NCBI GenBank assembly: GCA_963662275.1
Contig: OY759316.1
Location: 2,368,001-2,432,000, forward strand
Origin: Candidatus Cloacimonadales bacterium
GTDB lineage: Bacteria > Cloacimonadota > Cloacimonadia > Cloacimonadales > DAONDQ01
Direction of reading: 5' to 3'
DNA length: 64,000 nt
Shown: one piece after another, positions 31,028 to 41,300 of the stretch
How positions within the stretch are numbered: position 1 is the first letter of the stretch
Layout: every line of letters starts with the position of its first letter
The notes under the pieces: model-generated
What the model saw: the letters and a program-made list of their open reading frames with translations, nothing else
Told to the model about the DNA's origin: nothing
Database searches by the model: none
Program-made: the position numbers and the translations under genes

Positions 31028-31061
31028 AAAGCCCACATCTGTTTTAAAAGATGTGGGCTTT
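31028..31061 (-). terminator. Terminator of the hydrogenase operon
   Basis: aaagcccacatct-gttttaaa-agatgtgggcttt with T-rich flanks. Confidence 0.85.
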
Positions 31062-31080
31062 GTATTTTTTTTAATTATAA

Positions 31081-32862
31081 TTAATGATGTTTCTTTGTTG
31101 CAGGTTCAATTACCTGACCGGAGGTCTTTGATCTCTTGAAGTAATGGGTATGCAACAATTTGTGAGACATTTCACCACAAGGTGTTCCCAAGAAATCCTT
31201 ATAAATCTTGGCGACTTCAGGATTGTGATGGGACTTACGAACTGGAAGCCCTCTGTCTTCATCATAAAGACCTTGTCCCTTACGTGCGCGACGTGCCATA
31301 TCATTGCCATAAGGCTGACCGCCACCACCGACACAGCCACCGGGACATGCCATGATTTCGATGAAGTTCCATTTGGATTTACCAGTTGTAGCAAGTTGTT
31401 CACGAACCATATCCATCAATTTACGTGCATTGCCCAATCCATGAGCAACAGCAACACTGACAACGACACCATCAATATTTACTTCAGCTTCCTTGATGCC
31501 TTCAAAACCACGTACAGCTTTGATATCAACATCTTCCAGCTCTTTTCCTGTGACGAGGGTATAGGCAGAACGAATTGCAGCTTCCATGACACCGCCTGTC
31601 ACACCAAAGATGGTTCCGGCACCTGTATAGTAGCTCATCAATCCATCTGGATCTTGGGGTTGCACATGTTTGAAATCGATTCCAGCTTCCTTGATCATGC
31701 GGATGAATTCACGGGTTGTTAGAACATTATCAACATCCTGGTAACCCGAATCGCGCATTTCAGGACGACGTGCCTCAAATTTCTTTGCTGTACAAGGCAT
31801 AATTGCGACGCTAACTATATTAGCTGGATCAATGCCCTTTTCTTTTGCGTAGTATGTCTTAGCTAAAACACCAAACATAGACATTGGTGATTTTGCTGTA
31901 GAAATACAATCAGCTAAGTCAGGATAGTAAGTTTCCATGAACTTGATCCAACCTGGTGAACATGAAGTGATCAAAGGTTTTGGACTTCCGGCTTTAATCA
32001 ATTCAACGCATTCTGTTCCTTCTTCCATAATAGTAAGATCAGCAGTGAAGTTCGTATCCATCACAGCATCAAAACCTATAGTTTTCAGTGCAGCATACAT
32101 CTTTCCGGGAGTAGCAAGACCAGGTTCCATGCCGAATTCTTCAGCTAGAGCCACACGGACTGCCGGAGCTTCCTGGACGATAACATGTTTGGTCGGGTCA
32201 AGTATCGCTTCCCAAACTGCATCAATTTCAGAATTCTCACGAAGTGCACCAGTGGGGCAATATACAGTACACTGACCACAATTCACACACGGACTGTTTG
32301 CCATACCAAGACCGAAGGATGTGTCGATATGCCCTTCCATACCGCGATCTGCAAATGTCAGAGCATAGACAGTTTGCGTTTCATTGCAAACCGTGATACA
32401 GCGTCCACAAGAGATACATTTGTTATTATCTCTAATAATGGAAGGACTTGTTGCATCAATAGGTACTTTCACCAGGATGTTTGGTAACTCATCCGGATTA
32501 GCACTGAGATTATTCGCCAGTTCCTGTAATTCGCATTTGTTATTAGCCGAGCATGTGGGGCAGGTTACTTCATGGTCAGAGAGAATCATTTCCACGAGTA
32601 ATTTACGATAAGCTCGGAGTTTCTTAGTATTTGTTGTGACTTTCATTCCAGCCATAACAGGTGTGCAGCAAGCGCGTTTAAGAGCAGGATTTCCTGCAAT
32701 TTCTACAACACAAATACCGCAATTCGCTGTTGGCGGTAAGTCAGGATGATAACATAAAGTGGGAATATGAATCCCATTTTTCTTGGCAGCTTCCAGGATA
32801 GTTAGTTCTTCCTCAACTTGCAGTTCTTTACCATCTATCCATATATTGAATAACTTAGCCAT
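31081..32862 (-). CDS. hydA: [FeFe]-hydrogenase group A catalytic subunit (HydA/HndD type)
   Basis: H-cluster motifs TSCSPGW, MPCTAKKFE, EIMACPGGCVGGGGQP; N-terminal 2Fe-2S, His-ligated 4Fe-4S (HEVTCPTC) and 2 x 4Fe-4S. Confidence 0.95.
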   Translation of the reverse strand: MAKLFNIWIDGKELQVEEELTILEAAKKNGIHIPTLCYHPDLPPTANCGICVVEIAGNPALKRACCTPVMAGMKVTTNTKKLRAYRKLLVEMILSDHEVTCPTCSANNKCELQELANNLSANPDELPNILVKVPIDATSPSIIRDNNKCISCGRCITVCNETQTVYALTFADRGMEGHIDTSFGLGMANSPCVNCGQCTVYCPTGALRENSEIDAVWEAILDPTKHVIVQEAPAVRVALAEEFGMEPGLATPGKMYAALKTIGFDAVMDTNFTADLTIMEEGTECVELIKAGSPKPLITSCSPGWIKFMETYYPDLADCISTAKSPMSMFGVLAKTYYAKEKGIDPANIVSVAIMPCTAKKFEARRPEMRDSGYQDVDNVLTTREFIRMIKEAGIDFKHVQPQDPDGLMSYYTGAGTIFGVTGGVMEAAIRSAYTLVTGKELEDVDIKAVRGFEGIKEAEVNIDGVVVSVAVAHGLGNARKLMDMVREQLATTGKSKWNFIEIMACPGGCVGGGGQPYGNDMARRARKGQGLYDEDRGLPVRKSHHNPEVAKIYKDFLGTPCGEMSHKLLHTHYFKRSKTSGQVIEPATKKHH

Positions 32863-32921
32863 TCATTTACCTCCAGGATTGCTCCTATTTATTTTTGATA
32901 TCAAGATGATCGAGTTCAGTC

Positions 32922-34481
32922 TTATTGAACTAATGCCAGGAATTCATCCTTGAAATGTTCAAAAGCACTTTGGATAGGCATGATTGGTGATTGACCCAAG
33001 GCACAGAAAGATGTTTGCTTCATCACTTCAGCCAGGAGTTCCATTTGATCCAAATCAGCTTTTGTTCCATTACCTTTCTTTATTTTGACGATTAAGCCAT
33101 AGAGTTCTTGTGTTCCAATTCGGCAAGGAGAACATTTACCGCATGATTCGTGTTTGAAGAATTTAAGAATGGAATAAAGCATATCTACGATGCTTGTATT
33201 TTCATTCATGACTAACACGGCACCCGAACCTAAAACTGCTGCATACTGATTCAGGCTGGTAAAGTCCATCTTCACATCAAGCATGCTATCCGGTAAGAAC
33301 ACACCAGCAGCTCCTCCTATGAGGGCAGCTTTAAACTTGATACCTTTCTTCATGCCACCACCATACTCGTTGATAATAGAACGCATGGTAGTTCCCATAT
33401 CAACTTCGCATAGCCCTGGATGAGCTACTTCACCAAGAATTGTGAAGACTTTAGTACCAGTGCAATCTGGAGTTCCACGTTTGGCAAAAGCCTCTGCCCC
33501 ATTTTTAATTATATATGGGACACTTGCTATTGTTTCCACGTTATTAACAACTGTAGGTTTCTTCCATAAGCCTTCAACACCAGGGAATGGCGGTTTCCAG
33601 CGTGGATTTCCGCGATTCCCTTCAAGAGATTCGATTAACGCAGTTTCCTCACCACAGACATAAGCACCGGCACCGATCTTGATATCGATATCAAGAGAGA
33701 AGTCAGTTCCGAATATGTTCTTACCAAGAAGACCATACTCATTTGCCTGTTTGATGGCATGACGTAGTCTTTCAATACACAGATTGTATTCACCACGAAT
33801 ATAAATATATGCTTTATTTGCGCCAATTGAATACGCACAGAGAGCAATACCTTCCAATAGCTTATGTGGGTCGCCTTCCATAATTAAACGATCTTTAAAT
33901 GTACCTGGTTCACCTTCATCAGCATTAATAACAACATACTTCTGATCAGTTTGGATAGGGGCTGTGAAGCTCCATTTCAGTCCTGTTGGAAAACCGGCAC
34001 CACCGCGTCCGCGGAGACCTGATTTCTTCACTTCGTCAAGAACTTCAAGAGGTTTCATTTTTAAAAGCGCTTTTTCGAGGGCTTCGTAACCACCTCTACC
34101 AACGTATTCATCGATATTTTCCGGATCAATCAGACCGGAATTATCAAGAACGATCCGTTCTGCATAATTCAATTTGGCTTCACCTTGAAGAGGTCCTTCA
34201 AAGACAAGACGCTTTAAGATACGACCTTTCAGGAAGTGTTCACTGACTAATTCGGGAATATCTGCAATCTTCACATCTGAGTAGAATGTGTTTTCCGGAA
34301 ATACAGTCAGGCATATGCCTTTACCGAAGAAACTCAATGGACCTGTTTCCAGGATATTGATTTCACTCTGTAATTGATGTCCTGTGATTTCCTTCCGAAG
34401 CTCAATTTCGAATTCCTTAGCACCGGCTGACAGGGAAGTTTCATTCATCCCAATCAAAATATGACTGCGATAGTAATTCAT
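32922..34481 (-). CDS. hydB: NuoF-like NADH/FMN-binding hydrogenase beta subunit, short form (519 aa)
   Basis: GLRGRGGAGFPTG, NADEGEPGTFKDR, GAGAYVCGEETAL, ESCGKCSPCR; no C-terminal ferredoxin domain. Confidence 0.9.
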   Translation of the reverse strand: MNYYRSHILIGMNETSLSAGAKEFEIELRKEITGHQLQSEINILETGPLSFFGKGICLTVFPENTFYSDVKIADIPELVSEHFLKGRILKRLVFEGPLQGEAKLNYAERIVLDNSGLIDPENIDEYVGRGGYEALEKALLKMKPLEVLDEVKKSGLRGRGGAGFPTGLKWSFTAPIQTDQKYVVINADEGEPGTFKDRLIMEGDPHKLLEGIALCAYSIGANKAYIYIRGEYNLCIERLRHAIKQANEYGLLGKNIFGTDFSLDIDIKIGAGAYVCGEETALIESLEGNRGNPRWKPPFPGVEGLWKKPTVVNNVETIASVPYIIKNGAEAFAKRGTPDCTGTKVFTILGEVAHPGLCEVDMGTTMRSIINEYGGGMKKGIKFKAALIGGAAGVFLPDSMLDVKMDFTSLNQYAAVLGSGAVLVMNENTSIVDMLYSILKFFKHESCGKCSPCRIGTQELYGLIVKIKKGNGTKADLDQMELLAEVMKQTSFCALGQSPIMPIQSAFEHFKDEFLALVQ

Positions 34482-34936
34482 TACTTCCCTCCTTTGATTC
34501 TGTCTATGATCTCTACAACACGGGAGTCGGTTAAATCACCATAAACATCCTGGTTGATCATCATGACAGGAGCATTTCCACAAATTCCAAGGCAAGCAGC
34601 AAGTTCAAGCGTAAATAAACCATCAGCAGTAGTTTCACCCGGTTTCACATGTAATGTTGTTGCGAGTTTACGCAGGATATTGTCAGAACCTTTCAAATAA
34701 CAAGGTGGTGATTCACAGAGTCTAATAATGTTTTTACCACGAGGTTTAGTGCTATACATGGTATAAAATGTCAGCACTCCATAGATATGATTTACAGGAA
34801 TACCCATGTAATTAGATATTTCGATAACAGCTTCTTCAGAGATGTAATGCTGTGGATGATTATCCTGGATTTCATGGAGAATGTAAATCAAATTATCTTT
34901 CGTTGGAGCATATTTGTCAAATATTTGGCGATACAT
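34481..34936 (-). CDS. hydC: NuoE-like 2Fe-2S hydrogenase gamma subunit
   Basis: GVLTFY, CESPPC, CLGIC.NAP motifs. Confidence 0.9.
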   Translation of the reverse strand: MYRQIFDKYAPTKDNLIYILHEIQDNHPQHYISEEAVIEISNYMGIPVNHIYGVLTFYTMYSTKPRGKNIIRLCESPPCYLKGSDNILRKLATTLHVKPGETTADGLFTLELAACLGICGNAPVMMINQDVYGDLTDSRVVEIIDRIKGGK

Positions 34937-35021
34937 ACTCTCTCTCCTAAAAGGGAATAGTGATGGGTTGAATCGTTTGCATTTTGACGTTAAAATTCTC
35001 TGAACTCTTCATCATAACAAC

Positions 35022-36884
35022 CTAGAAGTGTTCTTCCGTTAATTTATCTATTTCATCTTGTTTTTGTTTTGCTGTGACATCCGAATGAATACCAGCAACC
35101 TTACTGACAGCCTTTACAGGGCAAACTTCCAAACAATTGCCGCATTTCACGCAATCCACTTGATGAATCGTGTACTTTTCATCACGACTTCCGCTGATAC
35201 ATGTAACAGGGCATTTCCTGGCACAAAGAGAACAACCGATGCACTTGCTTTTATCGATGTCGAAATGCATCAGATCAAGACATACTTTAGCAGGACAAGT
35301 CTTGTCATGTATATGGGCAATGTATTCATCCCTGAAATAGCGAATCATACTTAAAACAGGATTGGGACCAGTCTGACCTAAACCACAAAGCGAGAGTTGG
35401 ATAACAGTGTCACCAATTCTCTGCAATTCTTCAATATCTGAATCATTGCCATTACCTTGAGTAATGCGTTCCATGATGTCATACATCTGTTTCAATCCAA
35501 TTCGACAAGGAGAACACTTACCGCATGATTCATCAACACAGAAATCAAGGAAGTATTTGGCAACATTCACCATGCAGTTTGCATCATTCATGACGATTAC
35601 ACCGCCGGATCCCATCATTGCACCATTTGCTTTCAAAGATTCATAGTCAACTTTCACATCGAGATGTTCAGTTGTCAGACAGCCACCTGAAGGACCACCC
35701 AGTTGAACAGCCTTGAAAGTACCATTATTACTGATTCCACCACCAACATTGAAGATCAGTTCACGGAGAGTAATTCCCATCGGAACTTCTACGAGACCTG
35801 TGTTTTGAACATCACCAGTCAACGCAAAGACCTTCGTTCCTTTGCTGGTTTCTGTTCCCATGGAAGCAAACCATTCAGCTCCCTTACGGAAAATCGACTG
35901 TAAGTTGGCGAGTGTTTCCACATTATTAACCATGGTAGGCTGCTTCCATAAACCTTGAATGGAAGGATATGGTGGCTTCGGCTTGGGATGACCTCTTTCT
36001 CCCTCAATGGAAGAAATAAGAGCCGTTTCCTCACCACAGACAAAAGCACCTGCTCCAGCGCGTACTTCAGCATCAAAACTGAAAGCGCTACCGAAGATAT
36101 TTTGTCCGATAAGACCAACTTCTCGAGCCTGTTCGATGGCAAGTTTAATACGTTTGATAGCTAACGGATATTCAGCACGGATGTAGAAAAAGCCTTTGCT
36201 TGCACCTATAGCATAGGCAGCAATGATCATACCTTCCAATACCCGGTGAGGATCACCTTCTAAAAGGGAACGATCCATGAAAGCACCAGGATCACCTTCA
36301 TCACCATTACAAATCACAAATTTAGGCTCTTTCTTTACTTCAAATGTCAATTTCCATTTCAACCAGGTTGGAAAACCGGCACCACCGCGTCCACGAAGAC
36401 CGGAGCGTTTCACAACATCAATTGTCTGTTCTTGGGACATAGAAGTCAGAATAGTTCCTAGGGCTTCATAACCACCTGTAGCAATATATTCATCCAAGCT
36501 TTCGGGATCAATGTAACCGCAATTTTCAAGGGCTACTTTGACTTGCTGTTGATAAAATGGTATTTCAGGTGTTGTGGCAAGTTCATGTGAATCATCATCA
36601 TGCATCATTAGACGTTTTACGGGTCTTCCCTTCAGGAAATGCTCTTCCACAATCTCCGGTATGTCAGCAATTGAGACTTTCTTGTAGAATACACCTTCAG
36701 GATAAACCATCATCACAGGACCATAATCACAAGGTCCCATACAACCGGTTTCGATGATGTTGACTTCGGCTGAGAGTCCTTTTTCCTGGAGTAATTCGTC
36801 GAACTTTTCTTTAATTTTCAATGATCCGGCAGATATACATCCTGATCCGCAACAGATCAAAAGATCGATACGTTTTAAAGACAT
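35022..36884 (-). CDS. hydB: NuoF-like NADH/FMN-binding hydrogenase beta subunit, long form (HndC type)
   Basis: N-terminal CCGSGC...GCMGPC; NGDEGDPGAFMDR; GGPSGG; ESCGKCSPCR; C-terminal 2 x 4Fe-4S (CIGCSLC, CVKCGNC). Confidence 0.92.
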   Translation of the reverse strand: MSLKRIDLLICCGSGCISAGSLKIKEKFDELLQEKGLSAEVNIIETGCMGPCDYGPVMMVYPEGVFYKKVSIADIPEIVEEHFLKGRPVKRLMMHDDDSHELATTPEIPFYQQQVKVALENCGYIDPESLDEYIATGGYEALGTILTSMSQEQTIDVVKRSGLRGRGGAGFPTWLKWKLTFEVKKEPKFVICNGDEGDPGAFMDRSLLEGDPHRVLEGMIIAAYAIGASKGFFYIRAEYPLAIKRIKLAIEQAREVGLIGQNIFGSAFSFDAEVRAGAGAFVCGEETALISSIEGERGHPKPKPPYPSIQGLWKQPTMVNNVETLANLQSIFRKGAEWFASMGTETSKGTKVFALTGDVQNTGLVEVPMGITLRELIFNVGGGISNNGTFKAVQLGGPSGGCLTTEHLDVKVDYESLKANGAMMGSGGVIVMNDANCMVNVAKYFLDFCVDESCGKCSPCRIGLKQMYDIMERITQGNGNDSDIEELQRIGDTVIQLSLCGLGQTGPNPVLSMIRYFRDEYIAHIHDKTCPAKVCLDLMHFDIDKSKCIGCSLCARKCPVTCISGSRDEKYTIHQVDCVKCGNCLEVCPVKAVSKVAGIHSDVTAKQKQDEIDKLTEEHF

Positions 36885-36895
36885 TAACAAGCCCC

Positions 36896-37261
36896 TTATT
36901 TTTCAGTAGAAACGACGTAATCCGAGACAATCCTTCCGTTAACGATGTGTTCTACGACAACCTTGCGGACTTTATCAGGATTCATTGCACCATACGTAAT
37001 TTTAGGCTTTCCTTCTTCTACTATATCAACGATTGGTTCCATTGAAGAGAGACCCTTTTCTCCAGTTTGAGTAATTAGAACATCAGTCAGGTTACGGGTA
37101 GCAATCTCATCCAAGAAAGTCTTCATGACATCCCTAGCGCCCATTGCAATACCTGAAGTACCCATACCGACAATTACCTTAACTCGGTAATTGGACCCTC
37201 TGAGTTTCATTTCTTCTTGTGCTTTTTCCCGGATTTTCTTGAGATCAGCCAATGTTTTCAT
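36896..37261 (-). CDS. HndB/HydD-like thioredoxin-fold ferredoxin subunit lacking cysteines
   Basis: VGMGTSGIAMGA, QTGEKGLSSMEP, EHIVNG match the family pattern but the protein has no Cys. Confidence 0.85.
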   Translation of the reverse strand: MKTLADLKKIREKAQEEMKLRGSNYRVKVIVGMGTSGIAMGARDVMKTFLDEIATRNLTDVLITQTGEKGLSSMEPIVDIVEEGKPKITYGAMNPDKVRKVVVEHIVNGRIVSDYVVSTEK

Positions 37262-37830
37262 CAGATTTCCTCCATCTTCGTATTTAGTATTCCATTTTTA
37301 ATATCATTTTCTATATAGGTAATGACATCCGGATATGTAATCGGGATGTCACCCAATTCTTCCCTGATCGTTGCAGTTTTAAATTCGTATTCAAATGTAC
37401 CTATGTCCATTCTATGAAGCAGACGCACATCAAAATCTATTTCTGAGTGACCAATGATCGATCCTAGTAGTGTATCTGTTAAATTTCCTAATGGAATCCG
37501 GTCAATATTACTAAACTGGAATTCAGCGTATAATGAAGTTCCACAGCCGGGTGTGCTTTTCATCATGAAGCATCCGTTCCACTGTTCAACATTTTGTTTA
37601 AAAAGTGGAATACCTAAACCAACCTTCTTAACACGTTCCAGTTTACTCGTATAAAATGGGTCTTGTGCTCTGGCAAGTATTTTTTCATCCATACCGATTC
37701 CATCATCACTAACCATAATCTTCATCCGATCTTTCAGTTCATCCACTTCGATAGATATGATGATCAGTTTGGATTCTGCACGTGATGAATTCTCAATAAT
37801 ATCCAATAGATGTAAAGATAAATCCTGCAC
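37261..37830 (-). CDS. Histidine-kinase-like ATPase (HATPase_c) of hydrogenase operons
   Basis: DLSLHLLDIIENS, DDGIGM, DPFYTS, GLGIP, GT boxes; GTG start. Confidence 0.88.
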   Translation of the reverse strand: MQDLSLHLLDIIENSSRAESKLIIISIEVDELKDRMKIMVSDDGIGMDEKILARAQDPFYTSKLERVKKVGLGIPLFKQNVEQWNGCFMMKSTPGCGTSLYAEFQFSNIDRIPLGNLTDTLLGSIIGHSEIDFDVRLLHRMDIGTFEYEFKTATIREELGDIPITYPDVITYIENDIKNGILNTKMEEI

Positions 37831-37843
37831 CAATCACCAACAG

Positions 37844-38338
37844 CTACTTGGTATCCATATACTTGGCAAGAATCGTCTTGATCTTATCACGTGTATCTAC
37901 ACGCCCAAAAGTATCTTCACCAATGACAAAAACCGGTGCCAATGAACAGGCGCCAACACAACGGACAGATGTCATTGTAAACTGATTATCCGGTGTAGTT
38001 TCACCCATACTGATTCCCAATTCATCAGAAATCATCTGGATGAGCCTTTTCGCACCTTTAACAAAACAGGCAGTACCTTCACAAATATTAATTACGTTCT
38101 TACCTCGAGGTATCATTGTGAAAGCATTATAAAACGTAACAACGCCATATATCTTACCAACAGGAATGTCTAATTCCTGAGCAATATAAATTTGAACTTC
38201 CATGGGGAGATACCCGAAGATTTCCTGAGCTTTGTGAAGTATCTCGATTAGAGGGTTCTGCAATTTCCGTTTTTCATCAATTATTACTTTCAATTCCTGG
38301 TATAAAGGATTGTCGTATGTACTCTTGTCCGACATCAT
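37844..38338 (-). CDS. hydC: Second NuoE-like 2Fe-2S subunit (HndA type)
   Basis: LHKAQEIFGYLP, GVVTFY, CEGTAC, CVGACSLAP. Confidence 0.9.
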   Translation of the reverse strand: MMSDKSTYDNPLYQELKVIIDEKRKLQNPLIEILHKAQEIFGYLPMEVQIYIAQELDIPVGKIYGVVTFYNAFTMIPRGKNVINICEGTACFVKGAKRLIQMISDELGISMGETTPDNQFTMTSVRCVGACSLAPVFVIGEDTFGRVDTRDKIKTILAKYMDTK

Positions 38339-39105
38339 TCCTCCTGCTTTATATTTATAGTATCTATTTCATTCCAGATTCTTCTGCCTTGCATACCTTC
38401 ACAAGCCATCCGTATTTCATTTACCGTTGGATGTTCAAGCCAGAACATCGTATAACCGGAGCCAATATCTGTCAAATAATGCGCATCTGAACTTCGGATC
38501 AAGGCATATTCTTTTAAATATGGATATTGCTTCAATAATTCATCTCGTTTCGCATGAGCTGTTATTCCAACAGCATCAAGTTCCAAGTCTGTTGGAATAA
38601 ATCCCAATTGACCAATAATACTGAAAGTATGGGCATCTACATGTGCCGGAAAAACAAATCCGTGATAAGCATGAATCTTATCAATGGCTTCTTCCAATGT
38701 CCATATCGAAGAATTTAACAGGGCACGTTCTTCGCAGCGAATAATATTCTCGTCAGCATCGATCACTACCTGGTCACCAAAATACTCAGGATCATTAGGT
38801 ATGTTCAATAGTGAATTATACAAGTCACTATCAAAACCTTGGACGTCTTCCCTATCATCAAACAAAGCAATCAAATGAATTTCCTCAGTTGTCTGAATCT
38901 CTACTCCACAAATGAAATTCACATCTTCTTTTTCAGCGACCCTATGATAAGCTGGACAGTTTGCCATGATATTATGATCAGTAATAGCAATTATATCCAG
39001 TCCTAATTCCTTCACTCTCCTGATGAGTGATGCAGGTGACATCTCGAGTCCACCGCATGGTGAGAGAACTGAATGAATATGCAAATCGGCTTTATACCAC
39101 CGCAT
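38335..39105 (-). CDS. PHP-domain phosphoesterase
   Basis: DLHIHS, ITDHN, EEIH, PAHVD, SSDAH. Confidence 0.9.
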   Translation of the reverse strand: MRWYKADLHIHSVLSPCGGLEMSPASLIRRVKELGLDIIAITDHNIMANCPAYHRVAEKEDVNFICGVEIQTTEEIHLIALFDDREDVQGFDSDLYNSLLNIPNDPEYFGDQVVIDADENIIRCEERALLNSSIWTLEEAIDKIHAYHGFVFPAHVDAHTFSIIGQLGFIPTDLELDAVGITAHAKRDELLKQYPYLKEYALIRSSDAHYLTDIGSGYTMFWLEHPTVNEIRMACEGMQGRRIWNEIDTINIKQEE

Positions 39106-39131
39106 GCTTACCCACCTCCCTCATCAAGTGC

Positions 39132-39482
39132 TTATTTGTTCTGATGAAGGATCAAATAAAGAATGCCAGCAATTTCGAAGGCAGGCATATCACTACAAAA
39201 CAAATATATTCCTTCTTCTATGGCTTTCTTTACGACGATATCATCAGGTTTGCTGTCTTTCGCAAAAATAATACAGGGTATTCCGGTCATGGAAGCGACA
39301 GCAATCACATTCAGGTGTTTCATGATCGTAATCCAGACCTGGCGTGGCTGAGCAGAACCCATAACATCACTTAGTAAATCTGAAACATAACCGCCTTCGA
39401 TCATATAATGTGAGATATCAAGGCTAGGCGTCATTTTCGTTCCGGTTATCGAATCGAGGAATAAACTGAGTCTTATGCCCAT
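39132..39482 (-). CDS. DRTGG-domain protein
   Basis: GGYVSDLLSDVM...WITI..H.NVIAVA motif. Confidence 0.85.
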   Translation of the reverse strand: MGIRLSLFLDSITGTKMTPSLDISHYMIEGGYVSDLLSDVMGSAQPRQVWITIMKHLNVIAVASMTGIPCIIFAKDSKPDDIVVKKAIEEGIYLFCSDMPAFEIAGILYLILHQNK

Positions 39483-40781
39483 TTATTCATCTCCTTTTTT
39501 ATTTTCATCTTCTAAACTCATTTTACGTAATAGGACAATACAATCTTCCACTTCTGCCTTGCCTTGGACAATATCCTCTGCAAGCGCATAGCAAGTAGGT
39601 GAACCACATGCAGAACAATTTAATCCTGGTAACTTGATAAGAATTTCATTGAGTTTCTTCATTTTAGTAATAGCTTGTTTGAAATCTTTATCCAGTTCCA
39701 TGATTGATCGTTGTTCCAAGGGCTGCACTGTAAAAGCTCCCTTCTGGTTCAGGGAAGTAAATTCTGAAAAATCTATTTCTTTATGAGGAGCACTCTTCAT
39801 CATTTTTTTTATACGGCTCATGGCTACAAAAGGATTCTCAACATTTAGCACGCCACCTACACAGCCATTTGTGCAGCTTCTAAGAACGATATAATCATAT
39901 TGATCCAAGTAATGATCCTCTACTTTGGAGAGGATTTTGATGACATTGTCTATTCCATTAACTGATAGTGCACGAATATCTTCTGCATCAACAAGATCTG
40001 CTTCTACACCGGATAATGCCCAGGATAGTCCATTCTCATAAGTATCAATATTACCATTAGGTAAGTTATTCCTCTTCAGCTTTTCCCGAACTTTTCCGTA
40101 AATCATGCCAATAGAGAAAGCCCCATCCTGGAGACGTTTGTATGTTCCTTCAGGCTGATGGACGGCAGTCACTTGCGCAATACAGGGAACAATCAGAAAA
40201 ATACCAATATCCTGGTCTGGAAGATTTGTATTTCGTTTTGCTCTTTCCCTTAGATATTGCGTAAGAATACTCATAGGAGCTTCAACATGCAGTAAATTAG
40301 GCAGGAGTGAAGGAAATTTAACTTGGATGAGCCGTACGACAGCCGGACAATTGCTTGATAGAATGGGTCTCACTTCAGCACGATTCTCCCGTATGTATTC
40401 CCGAATCAGGGAGATCATGAAATCAGTAACGAAGGCTTCTTCTGCGACTTCATCAAAACCGAGGCTTAGAAGAGCTTTCTTTGCTGTGGGATAGGAAATA
40501 TCTTCAGTAAATTGTCCTCCGTATGAGGATGAAATAATGGCGATTTTATGTTTGAATTTCTGAATGATATCCAGTGAATCGGAGTTAGGAATTATTGCAT
40601 GGAAAGAACAACTGGCGACACATTGACCACAGTCGATACACCTATTGGGATCAATTTCTGCTATTCCATGACGAACCCTAATGGCTTCTGTAGGACATAC
40701 TCTCACACACGCTGTACAGCCGGTGCACAGTATCGGTGTGATGTGAATTGCATGAAAATATTTCTTAGGTGTTTCACTCAT
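39483..40781 (-). CDS. Putative sensory/ancestral-type [FeFe]-hydrogenase-like Fe-S protein
   Basis: N-terminal 2 x 4Fe-4S; divergent H-cluster motifs SSNCPAV, VPCIAQ, SCTNGCVGG; C-terminal LPGLNCSACGSPTC Fe-S domain. Confidence 0.85.
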   Translation of the reverse strand: MSETPKKYFHAIHITPILCTGCTACVRVCPTEAIRVRHGIAEIDPNRCIDCGQCVASCSFHAIIPNSDSLDIIQKFKHKIAIISSSYGGQFTEDISYPTAKKALLSLGFDEVAEEAFVTDFMISLIREYIRENRAEVRPILSSNCPAVVRLIQVKFPSLLPNLLHVEAPMSILTQYLRERAKRNTNLPDQDIGIFLIVPCIAQVTAVHQPEGTYKRLQDGAFSIGMIYGKVREKLKRNNLPNGNIDTYENGLSWALSGVEADLVDAEDIRALSVNGIDNVIKILSKVEDHYLDQYDYIVLRSCTNGCVGGVLNVENPFVAMSRIKKMMKSAPHKEIDFSEFTSLNQKGAFTVQPLEQRSIMELDKDFKQAITKMKKLNEILIKLPGLNCSACGSPTCYALAEDIVQGKAEVEDCIVLLRKMSLEDENKKGDE

Positions 40782-40801
40782 TGATTATTCAGCTTCTTTA
40801 T

Positions 40802-41293
40802 TTAATAAAAATAAATAATGATTTCAAGTTTCGTAGGCTTACCTTTTTCAGATTTCAGATGCATCACATCTGAATTCTTTTTGATATTGGGTAATCCAAG
40901 ACCTGCGCCAAATCCCATTTCTCTCACTAATTCATCTGCTGTAGAAAAACCAGGTGTCATCGCCTGGTCAATATCCTCAATACCCGGACCGGTATCATTA
41001 AAAGTAACATAAACAAATTCCGGATATATGTAACTCTTCATCGTCCCACCCACTGAATGAGCAGCAACATTAATCTCTGCTTCATAGGCAGCGATAGCGA
41101 TTCGACGTAAAATTTCGGGGTTTACACCAATCCGTTTGAGAACATTCTTCAATTCCGCAGAACCCTTGCCCGCATTCGTGAAATCCTTTTCAGCAATTTC
41201 AAAATTCAGGCTCATCTCCGGTTCGGGAGCGTGCATAAAGAAAGTTCTTGCTTCTTCCTGGTGTTCTTCCTTGATATTCCAGTATTCTGCCAT
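40802..41293 (-). CDS. Anti-sigma regulatory factor-type Ser/Thr kinase (RsbT/RsbW-like)
   Basis: AAYEAEINV, DTGPGI, GFSTA, GFGAGLGLPNI. Confidence 0.88.
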   Translation of the reverse strand: MAEYWNIKEEHQEEARTFFMHAPEPEMSLNFEIAEKDFTNAGKGSAELKNVLKRIGVNPEILRRIAIAAYEAEINVAAHSVGGTMKSYIYPEFVYVTFNDTGPGIEDIDQAMTPGFSTADELVREMGFGAGLGLPNIKKNSDVMHLKSEKGKPTKLEIIIYFY

Positions 41294-41300
41294 ATACTAA

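Noticed and set aside
31110..36757. Numerous antisense and alternate-frame ORFs of 60-190 aa
   Set aside because: They lie within well-supported hydrogenase genes and show no motifs; typical shadow ORFs.
32922..38338. Respiratory complex I nuoEF genes
   Set aside because: No membrane Nuo subunits; the genes are in one run with an [FeFe]-hydrogenase.
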